A DNA stretch of 64,000 nt from a virus, in the IMG/VR virus record IMGVR_UViG_3300044837_000085, positions 40,615 through 104,614 of that record, one strand, 5' to 3'. The number at the start of each line of letters is the position of its first letter. Within the stretch, counting starts at the first letter, position 1. Shown here piece by piece: positions 37,911-48,378 of the stretch. The position numbers and the translations under genes are program-made. Below the pieces are notes generated by a model. It saw only the letters and a program-made list of their open reading frames with translations. It did no database searches and was not told where the DNA came from.

Positions 37911-38576
37911 TCAAAGGATAACTATTATCGCCGGCTGACGCCTGAGCCACTCAGCCTGACCCTTGGCGCGCTTCTTCTTGCCCCAAGCAATTCCGGCAGG
38001 GCTAGCAGCCCAATTCTCGATCGCGCCGAACAGTGGCGTCTCGTATCCGAACTGGATTTTTGCGACGTTGCTGAACTTGGATGACGCCAGTTTAGCAACC
38101 ACTTGATAAACGCCATCAGGTGCCTGCGGTGAAAGCCCTCGTTCTATTTTTCGACTGTATGGGACAACGTTCGTAAATGTGATTCTTGATGCGACGGGAG
38201 GGACCGAACCTTCAGGAACGGCAACACCATCAGCAATCATAACGTGAGACTTCTGGTATCGGCCCGACTTCACCGGAGAGAACTGCTCCAGCATATCTCC
38301 TATCCACGTCAGCGCCTCAAACACCAACTCATATTCAACAAAGACGACGCCGCCCGGCTTCACCGATTCCAGTGGAGCTCCAAGGCGACCATCAACCGAA
38401 ACCGTATATGGAGGAACGCGGCCTAGAACACTTGCGTTATGTGCCTTGCCTTCTTCGATGACTTGAGCCGCGAACTCAGCAAACAACTGTGACTGAATTT
38501 CAGGAGGCAGGGCGTTCGATATAAACTTCTCGTAAGGAACGTTGATCGGCGTGAACTTGATCCGCAGCGCCATCAC
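37911..38576 (-). CDS. Neck / tail-completion protein (HK97 gp10-like)
   Basis: SPVKSGRY..NVVPYSRKIERG.S.QAPDGV. Confidence 0.75.
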   Translation of the reverse strand: MMALRIKFTPINVPYEKFISNALPPEIQSQLFAEFAAQVIEEGKAHNASVLGRVPPYTVSVDGRLGAPLESVKPGGVVFVEYELVFEALTWIGDMLEQFSPVKSGRYQKSHVMIADGVAVPEGSVPPVASRITFTNVVPYSRKIERGLSPQAPDGVYQVVAKLASSKFSNVAKIQFGYETPLFGAIENWAASPAGIAWGKKKRAKGQAEWLRRQPAIIVIL

Positions 38577-39189
38577 GAACTCCCAGCGCCTCAGCCAAGG
38601 ACATCTTCGGGTAAGCCGTTAGGGCTGATGGCCCGACAACCACGACTTCGACACCGAGGGATTTGAACTGCTCCGCGCATCCGTCCAGCGCGACCCGCCA
38701 ACTCTTAACCCTGCCTGCATCCGGTTTCGATACGCCGCGATAATCTGAATTCCAATGAGCACCGTTCGACAGCGTCATGTCGAAGCCGACCAAGACAATC
38801 TTCCTTGCTCCGAACTGGATTGCCAGATTGATTGCCTGAAACCCTGAGTGCCCGCCGCCTGTCCTTAGACCGCAGCCCAGAACTCCGGTTTCTCCGGTCA
38901 GGATTTCGGCCCTCGCCTTCAGGCTCACTTGCCGTAGACCAAACACTCTCGCAGCCGTGGGAGACGGCGTCACCTTCAATCCCTTAAAGTCTGGAACCCC
39001 ATGGTTGGCGAGCCACCAGCCCTTGTCGAGGCCATATAGAAGCGAAGCCCAAGGCGCCAGTTTCCATGCGCCTTTGATCGCAATCGCTCTGGCGAGCCCG
39101 CGCGCTTGATCTAGCGGCGCATCCTTCGCACTCGGACCCGTCCCTATGATGACCGCAGTCTGGCCGGACCAGTTGGGCCACTCCGTCAC
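38500..39189 (-). CDS. Maf/sialyltransferase-fold glycosyltransferase-like protein, paralog 3
   Basis: IIGTGPS..APWA..SGFQAINLA.QFGARKIVLVGFDM..HW. Confidence 0.7.
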   Translation of the reverse strand: MTEWPNWSGQTAVIIGTGPSAKDAPLDQARGLARAIAIKGAWKLAPWASLLYGLDKGWWLANHGVPDFKGLKVTPSPTAARVFGLRQVSLKARAEILTGETGVLGCGLRTGGGHSGFQAINLAIQFGARKIVLVGFDMTLSNGAHWNSDYRGVSKPDAGRVKSWRVALDGCAEQFKSLGVEVVVVGPSALTAYPKMSLAEALGVRDGAADQVHADQRSLREVYIERPAS

Positions 39190-39326
39190 TTCTTCGCCGG
39201 CCACCAAGGAAAGACGCGCGACCAGTAAAGCCCGCCGCCATTGAGATGGGCCGCCACGATAAGCCGCCGGTTGTGAATGCGCCAAACCCATTTCCATGGC
39301 GGCTGCAGTTGAGGCTTTGGCTTCAC
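39186..39326 (-). CDS. Small Trp-rich basic peptide (46 aa)
   Basis: GTGA overlaps with both neighbours. Confidence 0.45.
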   Translation of the reverse strand: MKPKPQLQPPWKWVWRIHNRRLIVAAHLNGGGLYWSRVFPWWPAKK

Positions 39327-39721
39327 CCAAGCACCCTGAGTTCGATCCTCACCAGTTCGTCGTCGACATAGATTGGCTTGGGAACCTCGATATTCCGAGG
39401 CTTGCCTTTGACTACCGCCTTATCGTTCTTCCGCGGCACTCTTCGATCAATTCCAGGATTAACCGGCTCTGCTGCTGAAGGCGTCCAAGGCCCAGGCCAT
39501 CCCGCCGCCATGATCTCTGACGGACTCATGATGATGTTGCTGGAGTCCTGCGTGATCCCGGAAATCAATTCCTCTGCGGTAATCGGCCTAACGAACGCAC
39601 GGCACCTGACGCTGACAGGGATTAACTGTGTTCCGTACAGACGACGGATTTCGATCCACTCTCCGTCCTCAGCGAGACTCATATTGAGGTCTGCGATCTC
39701 CCGATCAGATGCAAAACTCAT
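39323..39721 (-). CDS. Head closure / head-tail adaptor protein
   Basis: LAEDGEWIEIRR..VRIELRVLG; neck position. Confidence 0.65.
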   Translation of the reverse strand: MSFASDREIADLNMSLAEDGEWIEIRRLYGTQLIPVSVRCRAFVRPITAEELISGITQDSSNIIMSPSEIMAAGWPGPWTPSAAEPVNPGIDRRVPRKNDKAVVKGKPRNIEVPKPIYVDDELVRIELRVLG

Positions 39722-40128
39722 CGCGCGACGGCGCTACAGACCAATTGAGTTGATCCGGAATACGTCCCTACGACAACTATCTTGACACGATATCGGTCGC
39801 CAACGATGCCATCAACGGTCGTATCCGAAGCCAACGCGCCGTCAGATGGCGTCACCTGAGTTGTCTTTGGAGTCAGGGCACTGAAATTGAATACGGCATT
39901 CTCGCTTGCAACCCCGAATGCCACAGCAGCGACGTCGATAGGAGTCGTTCCATCATCCGCCGATGTTTGGACGTAAGCGACCACGGACGTTCCGTTTGCA
40001 CCATAAATAAACCGAAGGTTAATCAGAGCAGACAGACATCCTTCGAAATCATCATTCCAGTCGCCTGTGAATGTCCCTGCCGTCGTAATAGAGAATGCGC
40101 CGAGAGATTTATAGCCAGGAGACTGCAT
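39718..40128 (-). CDS. Putative jelly-roll structural protein
   Basis: VQTSADDG..D...GDRYRVK. Confidence 0.55.
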   Translation of the reverse strand: MQSPGYKSLGAFSITTAGTFTGDWNDDFEGCLSALINLRFIYGANGTSVVAYVQTSADDGTTPIDVAAVAFGVASENAVFNFSALTPKTTQVTPSDGALASDTTVDGIVGDRYRVKIVVVGTYSGSTQLVCSAVAR

Positions 40129-40357
40129 CAGGCAACCCTCTCGTCGATCTCAGCCTTGGTCAGAACGGATAGTTCAACGCCACGATCAATGATCATTATG
40201 GTGATGCCTTGCGGTAGAAGGCTCTTGAGATGCTTGCGGACTCGCTCCGTTACATCCTGCGACATCGGCCTGTCAGTTTTGACTACCAGAACGTCACCGT
40301 TCTGAAGCTGCAGTTTGCCGATCTCAAAGGCACCAATGATCTTGATGCCGACCTCGT

Positions 40358-41011
40358 TCACGCGACCACCAAGTTGACGTATCCGCCGCGGATCAGGATA
40401 TCCATACATTCACCAGGAATTATTGAGGTGGCCTGCTTGTCTGATACCCACCATTCGCGGTCACTCACGCCCGATATACTCAGGCGCTTGAGCAATGGAT
40501 CTCGATTGCTAGTGACGATCTCTGACTTAACGAACTTGATCGCTGCATATTTCAGATCAGCCGGAACTACTTCAAATCCCGCACTGTACTCAACGACCGT
40601 ATTTCCAATTGGCCACCATCCCCACGGACCGTTAGGCATCGTGTAATAGTAGTAAGGAAACATCGTGCGATAGAGAACGCCAGAGGCTGCGTCTACAGCA
40701 TAGTCCGTATTGACGAGTAGACTCTCAGTCTGCGTCACCGAGATAATTTCAACGACCGGGCGCCGAGACAGGACCAGAGACTTCTGCAGGCTCTTGAACA
40801 GGAATGTTTCGGTTACGGTCTCGAGGCGAAGAGTCGGCGGAATGATCCCGGCCCTACTCACCTTGCATGCGGACGTCAGCAGCGCAGAGACATATTCACC
40901 GAGAGGAACCAACGTCGCGTCCTTACTTCCATCGGACACACCGGCCGCAGCACGCAACTCCGCCAGCGTCAACAGCGAACGATCCGTATTCGGTGACGCG
41001 ATGGTCAGCAT
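40358..41011 (-). CDS. Head-tail connector (gp6-like)
   Basis: LLTLAELR..LSRRPVVEI..VEYSAGF..VPADLKYA. Confidence 0.8.
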   Translation of the reverse strand: MLTIASPNTDRSLLTLAELRAAAGVSDGSKDATLVPLGEYVSALLTSACKVSRAGIIPPTLRLETVTETFLFKSLQKSLVLSRRPVVEIISVTQTESLLVNTDYAVDAASGVLYRTMFPYYYYTMPNGPWGWWPIGNTVVEYSAGFEVVPADLKYAAIKFVKSEIVTSNRDPLLKRLSISGVSDREWWVSDKQATSIIPGECMDILIRGGYVNLVVA

Positions 41012-41195
41012 TACTGGCGAGTCCCGAACGGAACGACATTCTCCAATGTCGGCTGCTGATCCTGACGGAGATCGGCAGGCGTCAAATATTCAATCCGCTT
41101 CAAGTTTCCGTTCGGATAATATTCGAGCGCTTTGACCAGAAAACACTTCTGCCCTTCATGCTCAGAACCACACGTCCAACATTTTGCCATTTGCA

Positions 41196-41804
41196 CTAAT
41201 TCCAGTCGTTTCGATGCCATAACCCAAGAATTCTGCCATCGCCGTCAGCAATTGATCTGTGCGGCGACGGTAGATTGAACGGCGCGATCATAAGATTTAG
41301 CGGTCGAAACATTCCGCTCTTCTCAATATCTGCGTTCTGTTCGTTGTTGTGCGACGTCGCCAACAACCACGAAATCCCGCTGGTACGAAAGTTATTGAGC
41401 ACCACGGAAACCAAGTAGTTTGGCAGATGTTGCAGAAAATCGCGGCACAGCATCAGGTCTGCCGGCGGCAGCAAGTCCCTGAAGATATCCAGCTTCACGA
41501 CCTTCTTTGATCTTGGCCGAAACCTGGACGGATCAGACTCCCTAGCCCTCGTCCAATCGCAATGAACCTGATCGTAGTCGGCTCCGATGTAATCGACATC
41601 GGATAAATCCGTTCGCGACATCCAGTTGAAATCGCCGCAAGGCGCATCAAGCAGCGTCCGAACCTCAAACTCCCGCAGCAGACGTGGCAACTCTTCCCTA
41701 ATACCAGCCGTGAATGACAAGGTAGAACCGGCACCGCATCCCGTCTCCGGAAGACCGGCCGTGAACGGCATCTTCAGAATCACCGCCAATTTTGCTTGCA
41801 CCAA
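41196..41804 (-). CDS. Class I SAM-dependent methyltransferase
   Basis: GCGAGST..LLDAPCGDFNW..DLMLCRDFLQHL. Confidence 0.85.
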   Translation of the reverse strand: MVQAKLAVILKMPFTAGLPETGCGAGSTLSFTAGIREELPRLLREFEVRTLLDAPCGDFNWMSRTDLSDVDYIGADYDQVHCDWTRARESDPSRFRPRSKKVVKLDIFRDLLPPADLMLCRDFLQHLPNYLVSVVLNNFRTSGISWLLATSHNNEQNADIEKSGMFRPLNLMIAPFNLPSPHRSIADGDGRILGLWHRNDWN

Positions 41805-42397
41805 TCGAATTGCGTCAAAGCATTCATCTTTGGTCGCCCATGGCAGTAAATTATTCTTGCCTCTCCGATACCGACATCACGAACACGGTGCGCTTTCACA
41901 GAGCGTATTTGTCCTGGCCAGAGATCATCTATCGGCTGCCACGGAAACGTCCGCAGCCACTCCATGTCATTTTCGCCGCGCCAGTCATCAAAGACCTTGC
42001 GCCAGCCTGCAGGGACTAAAGCGACTCCGTTGATAGATTGCTCAGCCTTGTATGGATTGCGCGGGAGCGCGATTTTGTCTCCCGTCAAGCAATAATCTGC
42101 GAAGTGATCGATGTTTCCGACGACGATCGTATCCAGACCAACGAGGATCATGGGCTCATTGAGCCTATACGGCTCCGTGAAACTTCCGTAGTCCGGTTCT
42201 TTCGAACCTAGCAGCTCCTGCTCGATCCCCTCGCCGAACTTCCGCGGTCTGTCCGTGAACACCACGAACCGAAACGGCACCGTCAGGTTTCTGGCAAATC
42301 CTCGATAAAGCTTTTCACACCAACTTTCATCGTATCCGCGAGAGAAGTCCTGAGTATGGCGGTTAGCATTCCAAAGACACGTCGCTACGGTTATCAA
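41780..42397 (-). CDS. GT-A-type glycosyltransferase-like protein
   Basis: RNLTVPFRFVVFTD..GLDT.VVGNID..NGV..HGRPK; paralog of 44850-45491. Confidence 0.75.
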   Translation of the reverse strand: MITVATCLWNANRHTQDFSRGYDESWCEKLYRGFARNLTVPFRFVVFTDRPRKFGEGIEQELLGSKEPDYGSFTEPYRLNEPMILVGLDTIVVGNIDHFADYCLTGDKIALPRNPYKAEQSINGVALVPAGWRKVFDDWRGENDMEWLRTFPWQPIDDLWPGQIRSVKAHRVRDVGIGEARIIYCHGRPKMNALTQFDWCKQNWR

Positions 42398-42629
42398 CTT
42401 TTGAACGCACTGGTGATCTGACGTCTGTAGCCGCGGCGTGCGTCCGCGCTAATTCCATGGTCGACGTTTATGGTGATATTACGGACAATGGTAACGCGCT
42501 CGTCTTTCGAGGCGCGGAAGTTCATGGCGTTATCCCACCTTGCGATACAATCCGCAGCGGTCTTGTCGTCGATAAGGACAGGACGCCGCTCCATCCTTGC
42601 GCGGATGGCGCTGTAATCAAATACGATCA

Positions 42630-43157
42630 TCATGCTAATTCTCCATAGGCCGATCCCGCCAACGGCATACGCTCCGGAGTACGGGGACTAAGCGGCACCA
42701 TTTCTCCAGATCGCTTGTGGAGATAATGTGCCTTGACGTTACGACACACGGTCGACCCGGCAGCGATAACCGCACCTTCGCCGATCGTAACGCCCGGAAG
42801 TATCTGACATCCGGCGCCGATGCTCACTTCATCCGCGATATCGACCGTCACCGCTCCCTTTAGCAGCGCGCCGACGTCAAACCCATCCTTGCCAACTCGA
42901 GGCCAGCGATCGTTGCATATCGTCACAAGAGGCCCGACGAAGACGTTATCGCCAATCCGCGTGCCCGGATTGATCGAAGACCCGTGCCCAACCAGACAAC
43001 CGCTTCCCAAGATCGCGCCGTCAATAATTGCGCCGCTGGCGATGTTGCAGTCGTCGCCAACCTCAGCACCGCGGATAACGCTTGCGAACTGCCAGACCCG
43101 CGTCCCCTTGCCTATCGTCGATCTCTCGACGTGGGCGAGGTGATGGATTTGGATCAT
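42630..43157 (-). CDS. Hexapeptide-repeat sugar acetyltransferase (WbpD/FdtC-like)
   Basis: IGKGTRVWQF..VGDDCNI..IGDNVFVGP..CND..PR..ILPGVTIGEGAVIAAGS. Confidence 0.88.
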   Translation of the reverse strand: MIQIHHLAHVERSTIGKGTRVWQFASVIRGAEVGDDCNIASGAIIDGAILGSGCLVGHGSSINPGTRIGDNVFVGPLVTICNDRWPRVGKDGFDVGALLKGAVTVDIADEVSIGAGCQILPGVTIGEGAVIAAGSTVCRNVKAHYLHKRSGEMVPLSPRTPERMPLAGSAYGELA

Positions 43158-43963
43158 GTAAGGTGCTTCCAGAGGAATCCAGTGGTCATCTCGGATTCCG
43201 AGTATTGCGAGTGCGCCAGAGAACTTAACCATGGCTGCCGATCTGGGTAGATCGGTCTTTCGATTTCATTCAAGTCCGTAAGACCGACCAGAGCCGCCGC
43301 GCTGTCCGGATGAACCACAACAGGACAGCCCATGATGACGGCCTCAACAGCGGCGTTGCTGCCGTGAGTCACCAGGCAATGCGCCCCCTTTAAGTCCTGA
43401 TGCAGCTTGCGCCCGAAGCGCTGCATTTCCTTATTACGACTAATGACGGGACGCTTGGTGACAGTCTTGAGCGCAGCTATTGTTCGCTCTGTCCAGCCCT
43501 CAATCGCGTGGAATCGCTCATATGTAGGCGACGGCTCGGCAACGACGATGTGATCGCCTGTCTTGGACCAAGGCCAAACGTCTGTTTTTAGAGCCTTCCA
43601 TCGGTCATCCGAGACATTTCGGATTTCCATCATTTGGTATCCGTTAACAATCCATCGATAGTAGCCACCGTCTTTTCCCGGTGGAAGATCGGTAGCAAAG
43701 ACCCTACGGCATGCTCCACGATCCCAATATATCCAGCGCCGTCCGGTCTTAACCCAATCATCAATCAGGGGCCTGAGCTCCGGAGTACAGCCTACGATCG
43801 GCGTGTAGTCCTTTGCCAGATCGGAAAGCTTACTGAAGTCTCCCTTTACGACCTTGCCGCCCCTTGCTTCGATCGTCTGACCGATCTTATCGAACAAGCG
43901 AAGTTTGAATGCCTTGAGGTGACCGGGGCAAAAGAACACCACGGAAGACGGGTCAACACTCAT
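43154..43963 (-). CDS. GT-B-like glycan-modifying protein
   Basis: LVTHGSNAAVEAVIMGCPV motif as in capsule (KpsC/KpsS-like) GT-B C-terminal domains. Confidence 0.6.
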   Translation of the reverse strand: MSVDPSSVVFFCPGHLKAFKLRLFDKIGQTIEARGGKVVKGDFSKLSDLAKDYTPIVGCTPELRPLIDDWVKTGRRWIYWDRGACRRVFATDLPPGKDGGYYRWIVNGYQMMEIRNVSDDRWKALKTDVWPWSKTGDHIVVAEPSPTYERFHAIEGWTERTIAALKTVTKRPVISRNKEMQRFGRKLHQDLKGAHCLVTHGSNAAVEAVIMGCPVVVHPDSAAALVGLTDLNEIERPIYPDRQPWLSSLAHSQYSESEMTTGFLWKHLT

Positions 43964-44761
43964 TCAATCAAAAAGGCTGTATTGAGATGGGGCGCTATGC
44001 TTACTCTTTGATCTCACTGGACGCTTACTCATAGTCAGGCGACTCTTTCTTATACTCTCCGACGCCCTGCGTTTGAATTCTGGATCGGACCACGCCTTGC
44101 GCCGATTTTCCGACATCGCAGCCTTACGCTCCGGGGTCCATTGAGATTTCACCAATGCGCTCTTGCGGGCGGTTTTCTCAGGACAGGACCAGACCTTTTT
44201 CAATAACGCGCGGCGCTCTGCGGCTCGCTTGGGATCGTCCCAAATCGATCTGTGAGACGCCATCCAGCTTTTTCTAAACTCAGGATCGGACCAAAGTCCG
44301 TTTGTCGTAGCTCTGGCACGCTCCCGATAAGCTGGATCAAGGTGGCCTCTAGCTATACCAGACCTAAACTTTTCTCTTTGAATAGGATCTGACCAGAAGC
44401 TACGCATCATATCCGCGTCGCCGCCGCTCCCTCCTTTATGGATGTTACACAACTGCTCTTTCGGAAATGAGGCAATTGTCTCCATCTCCAAAAGATACGC
44501 TTCGGCGTCATTCATTCCACTAGAGAGAACCTGTATTTCAATCTTCCTGCCCAGCCTCATAGCCTTAGCTACGCTGTTGGTAACTCTCATAGCCTTGATC
44601 TTTTCACCCTTCGCGCGACGCTCATTAACATCTCTGGCGTTCCGGAAGTGTTCTAATGCGCGGTATCTTCGGCCCTTACCTACATATCGAACAACACCGT
44701 CCACTTTCAAAAAGTAGACGTAGGCCCCGACAAAATCTTTATGTATGAGTCTTCTACCCAT
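43964..44761 (-). CDS. Free-standing GIY-YIG endonuclease with W-x-D-P repeats
   Basis: YVYFL..RYVGKG..R..H..E..LCN..GG.GG; repeated WSDP. Confidence 0.8.
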   Translation of the reverse strand: MGRRLIHKDFVGAYVYFLKVDGVVRYVGKGRRYRALEHFRNARDVNERRAKGEKIKAMRVTNSVAKAMRLGRKIEIQVLSSGMNDAEAYLLEMETIASFPKEQLCNIHKGGSGGDADMMRSFWSDPIQREKFRSGIARGHLDPAYRERARATTNGLWSDPEFRKSWMASHRSIWDDPKRAAERRALLKKVWSCPEKTARKSALVKSQWTPERKAAMSENRRKAWSDPEFKRRASESIRKSRLTMSKRPVRSKSKHSAPSQYSLFD

Positions 44762-44836
44762 TCTGACCTCTCATCTAGGTTGGGGTGGTTAGAGCCGTCA
44801 CGGTGGTGAGACACCTTGGCGGCTCGCTTTATATCG
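44762..44836 (-). promoter_or_regulatory. Conserved structured leader upstream of GIY-YIG gene (copy 1)
   Basis: Matches 60947-61026; GAGCCG..GGTG-loop-CACC..CGGCTC hairpin plus RBS hairpin. Confidence 0.75.
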
Positions 44837-44849
44837 ACTGTTTAACCGA

Positions 44850-45491
44850 CTATTTCCAGTTGTTTTTTATCCAGTCAAGGTGAGAAAATTTTGAAGGATC
44901 CCGCCACCCAGGAAAGGCAACGATCCGCGCATCCTTTGGCAGCGCCTCACCGGCCGGCCACTTTTTCTTCGCGAACGCATAAATTCCAGAATCCGGCCCG
45001 ACTTCCCAATTTTTTGCATCGGGGCACTCATGCTCTAGCCACGCCTGATCATCGGGAAATTCTGAATAGCGAATCTGAGAAGCCGACTTTAGCGAAAAGT
45101 CACTCCAGACATCAGGCCGGTATCCAGCCATGAACGAAAAGACACTGCCGTTGTAGCGCAGCGGATTGCTCATATTGGCGTTGAGCAAAATCGCGAACTC
45201 ATCTCCGATATCGAACAGTGGATCGAGCGGCCCGGTTATAACCGTATCCAAGTCGATCGAGACGATCCTGTCTCCGGGAATAATATTGTGCCTCGCCTGC
45301 CATTCAGGATCGAACGCTCGAAGCCGGCAGAAGCATCCCGGAATCTTTGTCAGATATTCATCTTCCGCCATGGGCGCGAAGACGCCGAAGATATATTCCT
45401 GCTTCAGGTTTCGCGCGATCCCGGCCTTGAGCCGTTCAACATAGTGGCCAGCGTATTTCGAGCCCCAACGAAAAGTAACGACGTGAAGCAT
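44850..45491 (-). CDS. GT-A-type glycosyltransferase-like protein
   Basis: WGSKY..YVERL..DLD.VITG.LD..YNGSV..DDQAWL..FPG..DP. Confidence 0.8.
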   Translation of the reverse strand: MLHVVTFRWGSKYAGHYVERLKAGIARNLKQEYIFGVFAPMAEDEYLTKIPGCFCRLRAFDPEWQARHNIIPGDRIVSIDLDTVITGPLDPLFDIGDEFAILLNANMSNPLRYNGSVFSFMAGYRPDVWSDFSLKSASQIRYSEFPDDQAWLEHECPDAKNWEVGPDSGIYAFAKKKWPAGEALPKDARIVAFPGWRDPSKFSHLDWIKNNWK

Positions 45492-45689
45492 CCCCTTATG
45501 CGTTGTCGTTGTTGGTGTAAACATGGTCTGACGAACTCGCCGTGGTAACGCGACCATAGCCACGCTCAACCAGCAATTTCGCCAAATGAAACTCACATGT
45601 TGCATAATCAAACCCACCCAACTCCCGGCGAATTTTCTTGATCTCTGTTTCCAGTTCCACCACATCGAAATCGCTTGTCATGTCATTAC

Positions 45690-46277
45690 TCATAAGTTCT
45701 TCCAGAGAACGCCAATGCCGTTGTTCTTGCCAGTCGGGCAGAACTTGAATTCCTGATGGCGATAATCGACCTTGATCGAGTCCCAGAACTCAGGGACGTC
45801 GATCCGAACGCCTACCCAATCCGGAGCTCGGCGCCACGATATGTCATGGAATGCGATGATGTTGCCAAGATCACCATAGTTGTCCCAGTCCGAGGTAACG
45901 CCAAGACGGCGATGATCACCATCCAACATAACCGCGTGATAAGGACCGTATCTCCGGCACTTCTTGACAACCTCTGGATCTGCGCTATCGCCCCAGATGA
46001 CGCGAGCGTCGTATCCGATTTCGTTCAGCTTCGCGACGCAATTAACCAGTGACGCGCTGCTCTCCTGCCAAGCCTTGGTGCCGTTCGGAAGATCAACAGA
46101 AACAATACGAGAGCCTTTAGGCAGCGCATTTGCAACGCGCCAGAGAGAGCCGCCGAACTTTGATCCGATCTCGAGGTAGGTACTAACCCCATTGGCCTGA
46201 AACAGATTGCATAGTGCGTCGATTTCTTCCGGAACCTGAGCCATCTCGGTTTCGTACTTTTGCACTACCGGCCCCAT
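45690..46277 (-). CDS. Class I SAM methyltransferase (Methyltransf_24-like)
   Basis: YLEIGSKFGGS..SVDL..GDS..LDGDH..IAFHD. Confidence 0.85.
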   Translation of the reverse strand: MGPVVQKYETEMAQVPEEIDALCNLFQANGVSTYLEIGSKFGGSLWRVANALPKGSRIVSVDLPNGTKAWQESSASLVNCVAKLNEIGYDARVIWGDSADPEVVKKCRRYGPYHAVMLDGDHRRLGVTSDWDNYGDLGNIIAFHDISWRRAPDWVGVRIDVPEFWDSIKVDYRHQEFKFCPTGKNNGIGVLWKNL

Positions 46278-46849
46278 ATTGCAGCCACGCCTAGATCATT
46301 CGAAATGTAGGAAGTATGGATACGCTTCAATCCGACTTCTTTCAAGTCGCGATCCAGCGCCCTGATCTCCAGTTCGTTCTCTTCGAACTGCTCTGACGTT
46401 CCTCGCCATGCGAAGTATTTCTTGGTCCAGTTGCCGAAGAACTGCATCAACTTGGTCAACTCTTTTGCCGGCATGACGCGCTTGAGTTTGTGGTAGGTCG
46501 CCAGGCAGAGAACGAAGTCGTAGCTGTTCATCTCGAATATCTTCAGGGCGCCCGGCCCCTTTGTAAGGTCGACCACTTCAAACCTGGAATCGACGTTTCG
46601 AAGATCGCCGAACCACTCTCTCGCTGCGTCGATTCCGCGCTCATAGATGTCGCATCCATGAACGACGGCCGCATAGTTCTGGTAGAACTCGTACCCGACC
46701 ATCCCGCGATTGCATCCGATATCGAAGACCGACTTTCCCTTAGCCCTCGCAACGAGATCGGTGATGCCGTCGAGCCTGATATTGTTAGGCCCTGCTACTC
46801 TCCGCTGAACTTTGTAGGACGCTCCCAGCGGTTGCATCATGTCGACCAC
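46265..46849 (-). CDS. Class I SAM methyltransferase
   Basis: GKSVFDIGCNRG..VHGCD..YDFVLCLA. Confidence 0.85.
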   Translation of the reverse strand: MVDMMQPLGASYKVQRRVAGPNNIRLDGITDLVARAKGKSVFDIGCNRGMVGYEFYQNYAAVVHGCDIYERGIDAAREWFGDLRNVDSRFEVVDLTKGPGALKIFEMNSYDFVLCLATYHKLKRVMPAKELTKLMQFFGNWTKKYFAWRGTSEQFEENELEIRALDRDLKEVGLKRIHTSYISNDLGVAAIWGR

Positions 46850-47615
46850 GAAGTATCTCCTCTGTCGCGTTGATCACCGACTCTACCGAGATCGCTTCCA
46901 TTGCTGCCCGGCAGTGATCGCACTTGAAGATCGAACCGCACGCTTCAAATCCACCGTTCAAATTGGTGTGGCCAGGATAGCCAGTAACAACGGGAGGAAT
47001 AAAACCGCCAAAGAGAACAACAGCCCGAACCCCAACAGCAGCCGCCCCATGGTGCAGCCCTCCTTCAGGCAAGATCGCCATCCGCGACCTTGTCAGCGCA
47101 ATAGCGGCTTCCCTGAACGATGACACTGGAATAACTCTGACACCGCTAAGTCGAACTTGGCCGAAACTAAACTGAGCGACCTCATATCCTCGTGATATCA
47201 GTTCGTTTGCTGCAGCCTGATATTTTGCTTTGCCCCAATCCTTATTTGGCGCAACGGATTTATGCCACGGCACGTTAGGTTCGATCAGAATGAATCCTGG
47301 CTTTATCCTCTTCGAAAAATCGATCTCTTCTTTATCGAATACGATCTCTCCGGGGATTGCTCTAAAGTCCAAATTCCAGATCCAACGATTTCCGGCAAAC
47401 TTATTGTAGAGACGATTTCCCTTATAGAAAGGGATCCATTCGACATCCGACTGATGTTCAGTTCTGGGAATTGCGATGTTCTTATTCTTGCGAAATATCT
47501 CTCGGCTGTGCTGGTCCCAGATAATTTTCTTGCCGTCGCCAAATGCTATCCTCTTTCCTCTATCCTGCGCGCCTCTCGCCATTCCTGCTGCGAGGAGCTG
47601 ATCACCGATTCCCAC
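46785..47615 (-). CDS. GT9 (heptosyltransferase-like) glycosyltransferase
   Basis: GIGD..NKDW..EGGLHHGAAAVG..AVVLFGG. Confidence 0.8.
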   Translation of the reverse strand: MGIGDQLLAAGMARGAQDRGKRIAFGDGKKIIWDQHSREIFRKNKNIAIPRTEHQSDVEWIPFYKGNRLYNKFAGNRWIWNLDFRAIPGEIVFDKEEIDFSKRIKPGFILIEPNVPWHKSVAPNKDWGKAKYQAAANELISRGYEVAQFSFGQVRLSGVRVIPVSSFREAAIALTRSRMAILPEGGLHHGAAAVGVRAVVLFGGFIPPVVTGYPGHTNLNGGFEACGSIFKCDHCRAAMEAISVESVINATEEILRGRHDATAGSVLQSSAESSRA

Positions 47616-47619
47616 GAAA

Positions 47620-48378
47620 TTACGATCCGAAACTCAGCGGACCTCGCGCCCAGTCATCTCGAACCATTCTCCATTCATCGGCATATTTTTGTTCGGAGTA
47701 CCCGTCCATGTCGGGCGTCCCGCTGGTGAAATGACATATTGTCGCTGACAATTCAGGAGCGGTGTGACCTACTAGGTAGTTCCACGCTTGATCAAGTTCT
47801 CCGATATCGGAATCATTAAGCCAACAGAAGCGATGTAGGTCTCTGCCTGGCGTGGTGTTGAGGACTTCCAGCGTGAGCACCTTGTTTGCGGGATGATCCA
47901 GATTCACCGCCATCACGCTTGACTGATTTTTTCTCGCGTAAACAGACTGAACTTGATTATCCATTTTCACCGAGGATACCGGCGCATAATCGTGATGAAC
48001 ACAATAGAGCGCCTTGGAATCCTCAAGCTGCTCGAACAAGCGACACACGTTACCGCGAAACATTACATCGCCATCAACGAACAGAGCCCAGCCACCGAGA
48101 CCCATCTTCTTGGCTAAATGAGGTAAAAAGAATCTCGCGTTGGCATGGTCCGTACTCTGCGGATGATCGCTCACCACATCCCACATAATGGGCTTGTCGG
48201 CCGCGCTCGGGCGATATTCGATTGGACGAGTATACAATCCCATCTTGATCAAATCGTCCAACAGCAATCCGTAAATCGGGATCGGAGCGGTTAGGTGTCT
48301 TCGGCAGGATTCACGAGCGACCGCAAATGCTGCGGCCTCACGTCTATCCCATCCGATCCAGATACTACGCTGCATCAA
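47620..48378 (-). CDS. GT8-like nucleotide-diphospho-sugar transferase
   Basis: IWIGWDRRE..ARF..P.L..ALFVDGD..YARKNQSSV..WNYL..HFTSG.P. Confidence 0.82.
   Translation of the reverse strand: MMQRSIWIGWDRREAAAFAVARESCRRHLTAPIPIYGLLLDDLIKMGLYTRPIEYRPSAADKPIMWDVVSDHPQSTDHANARFFLPHLAKKMGLGGWALFVDGDVMFRGNVCRLFEQLEDSKALYCVHHDYAPVSSVKMDNQVQSVYARKNQSSVMAVNLDHPANKVLTLEVLNTTPGRDLHRFCWLNDSDIGELDQAWNYLVGHTAPELSATICHFTSGTPDMDGYSEQKYADEWRMVRDDWARGPLSFGS

Noticed and set aside
41196-46849. Methyltransferases as DNA methylases of a restriction-modification system
   Set aside because: No DPPY/NPPY or PC motifs; small-molecule/sugar class I type, embedded among glycosyltransferases
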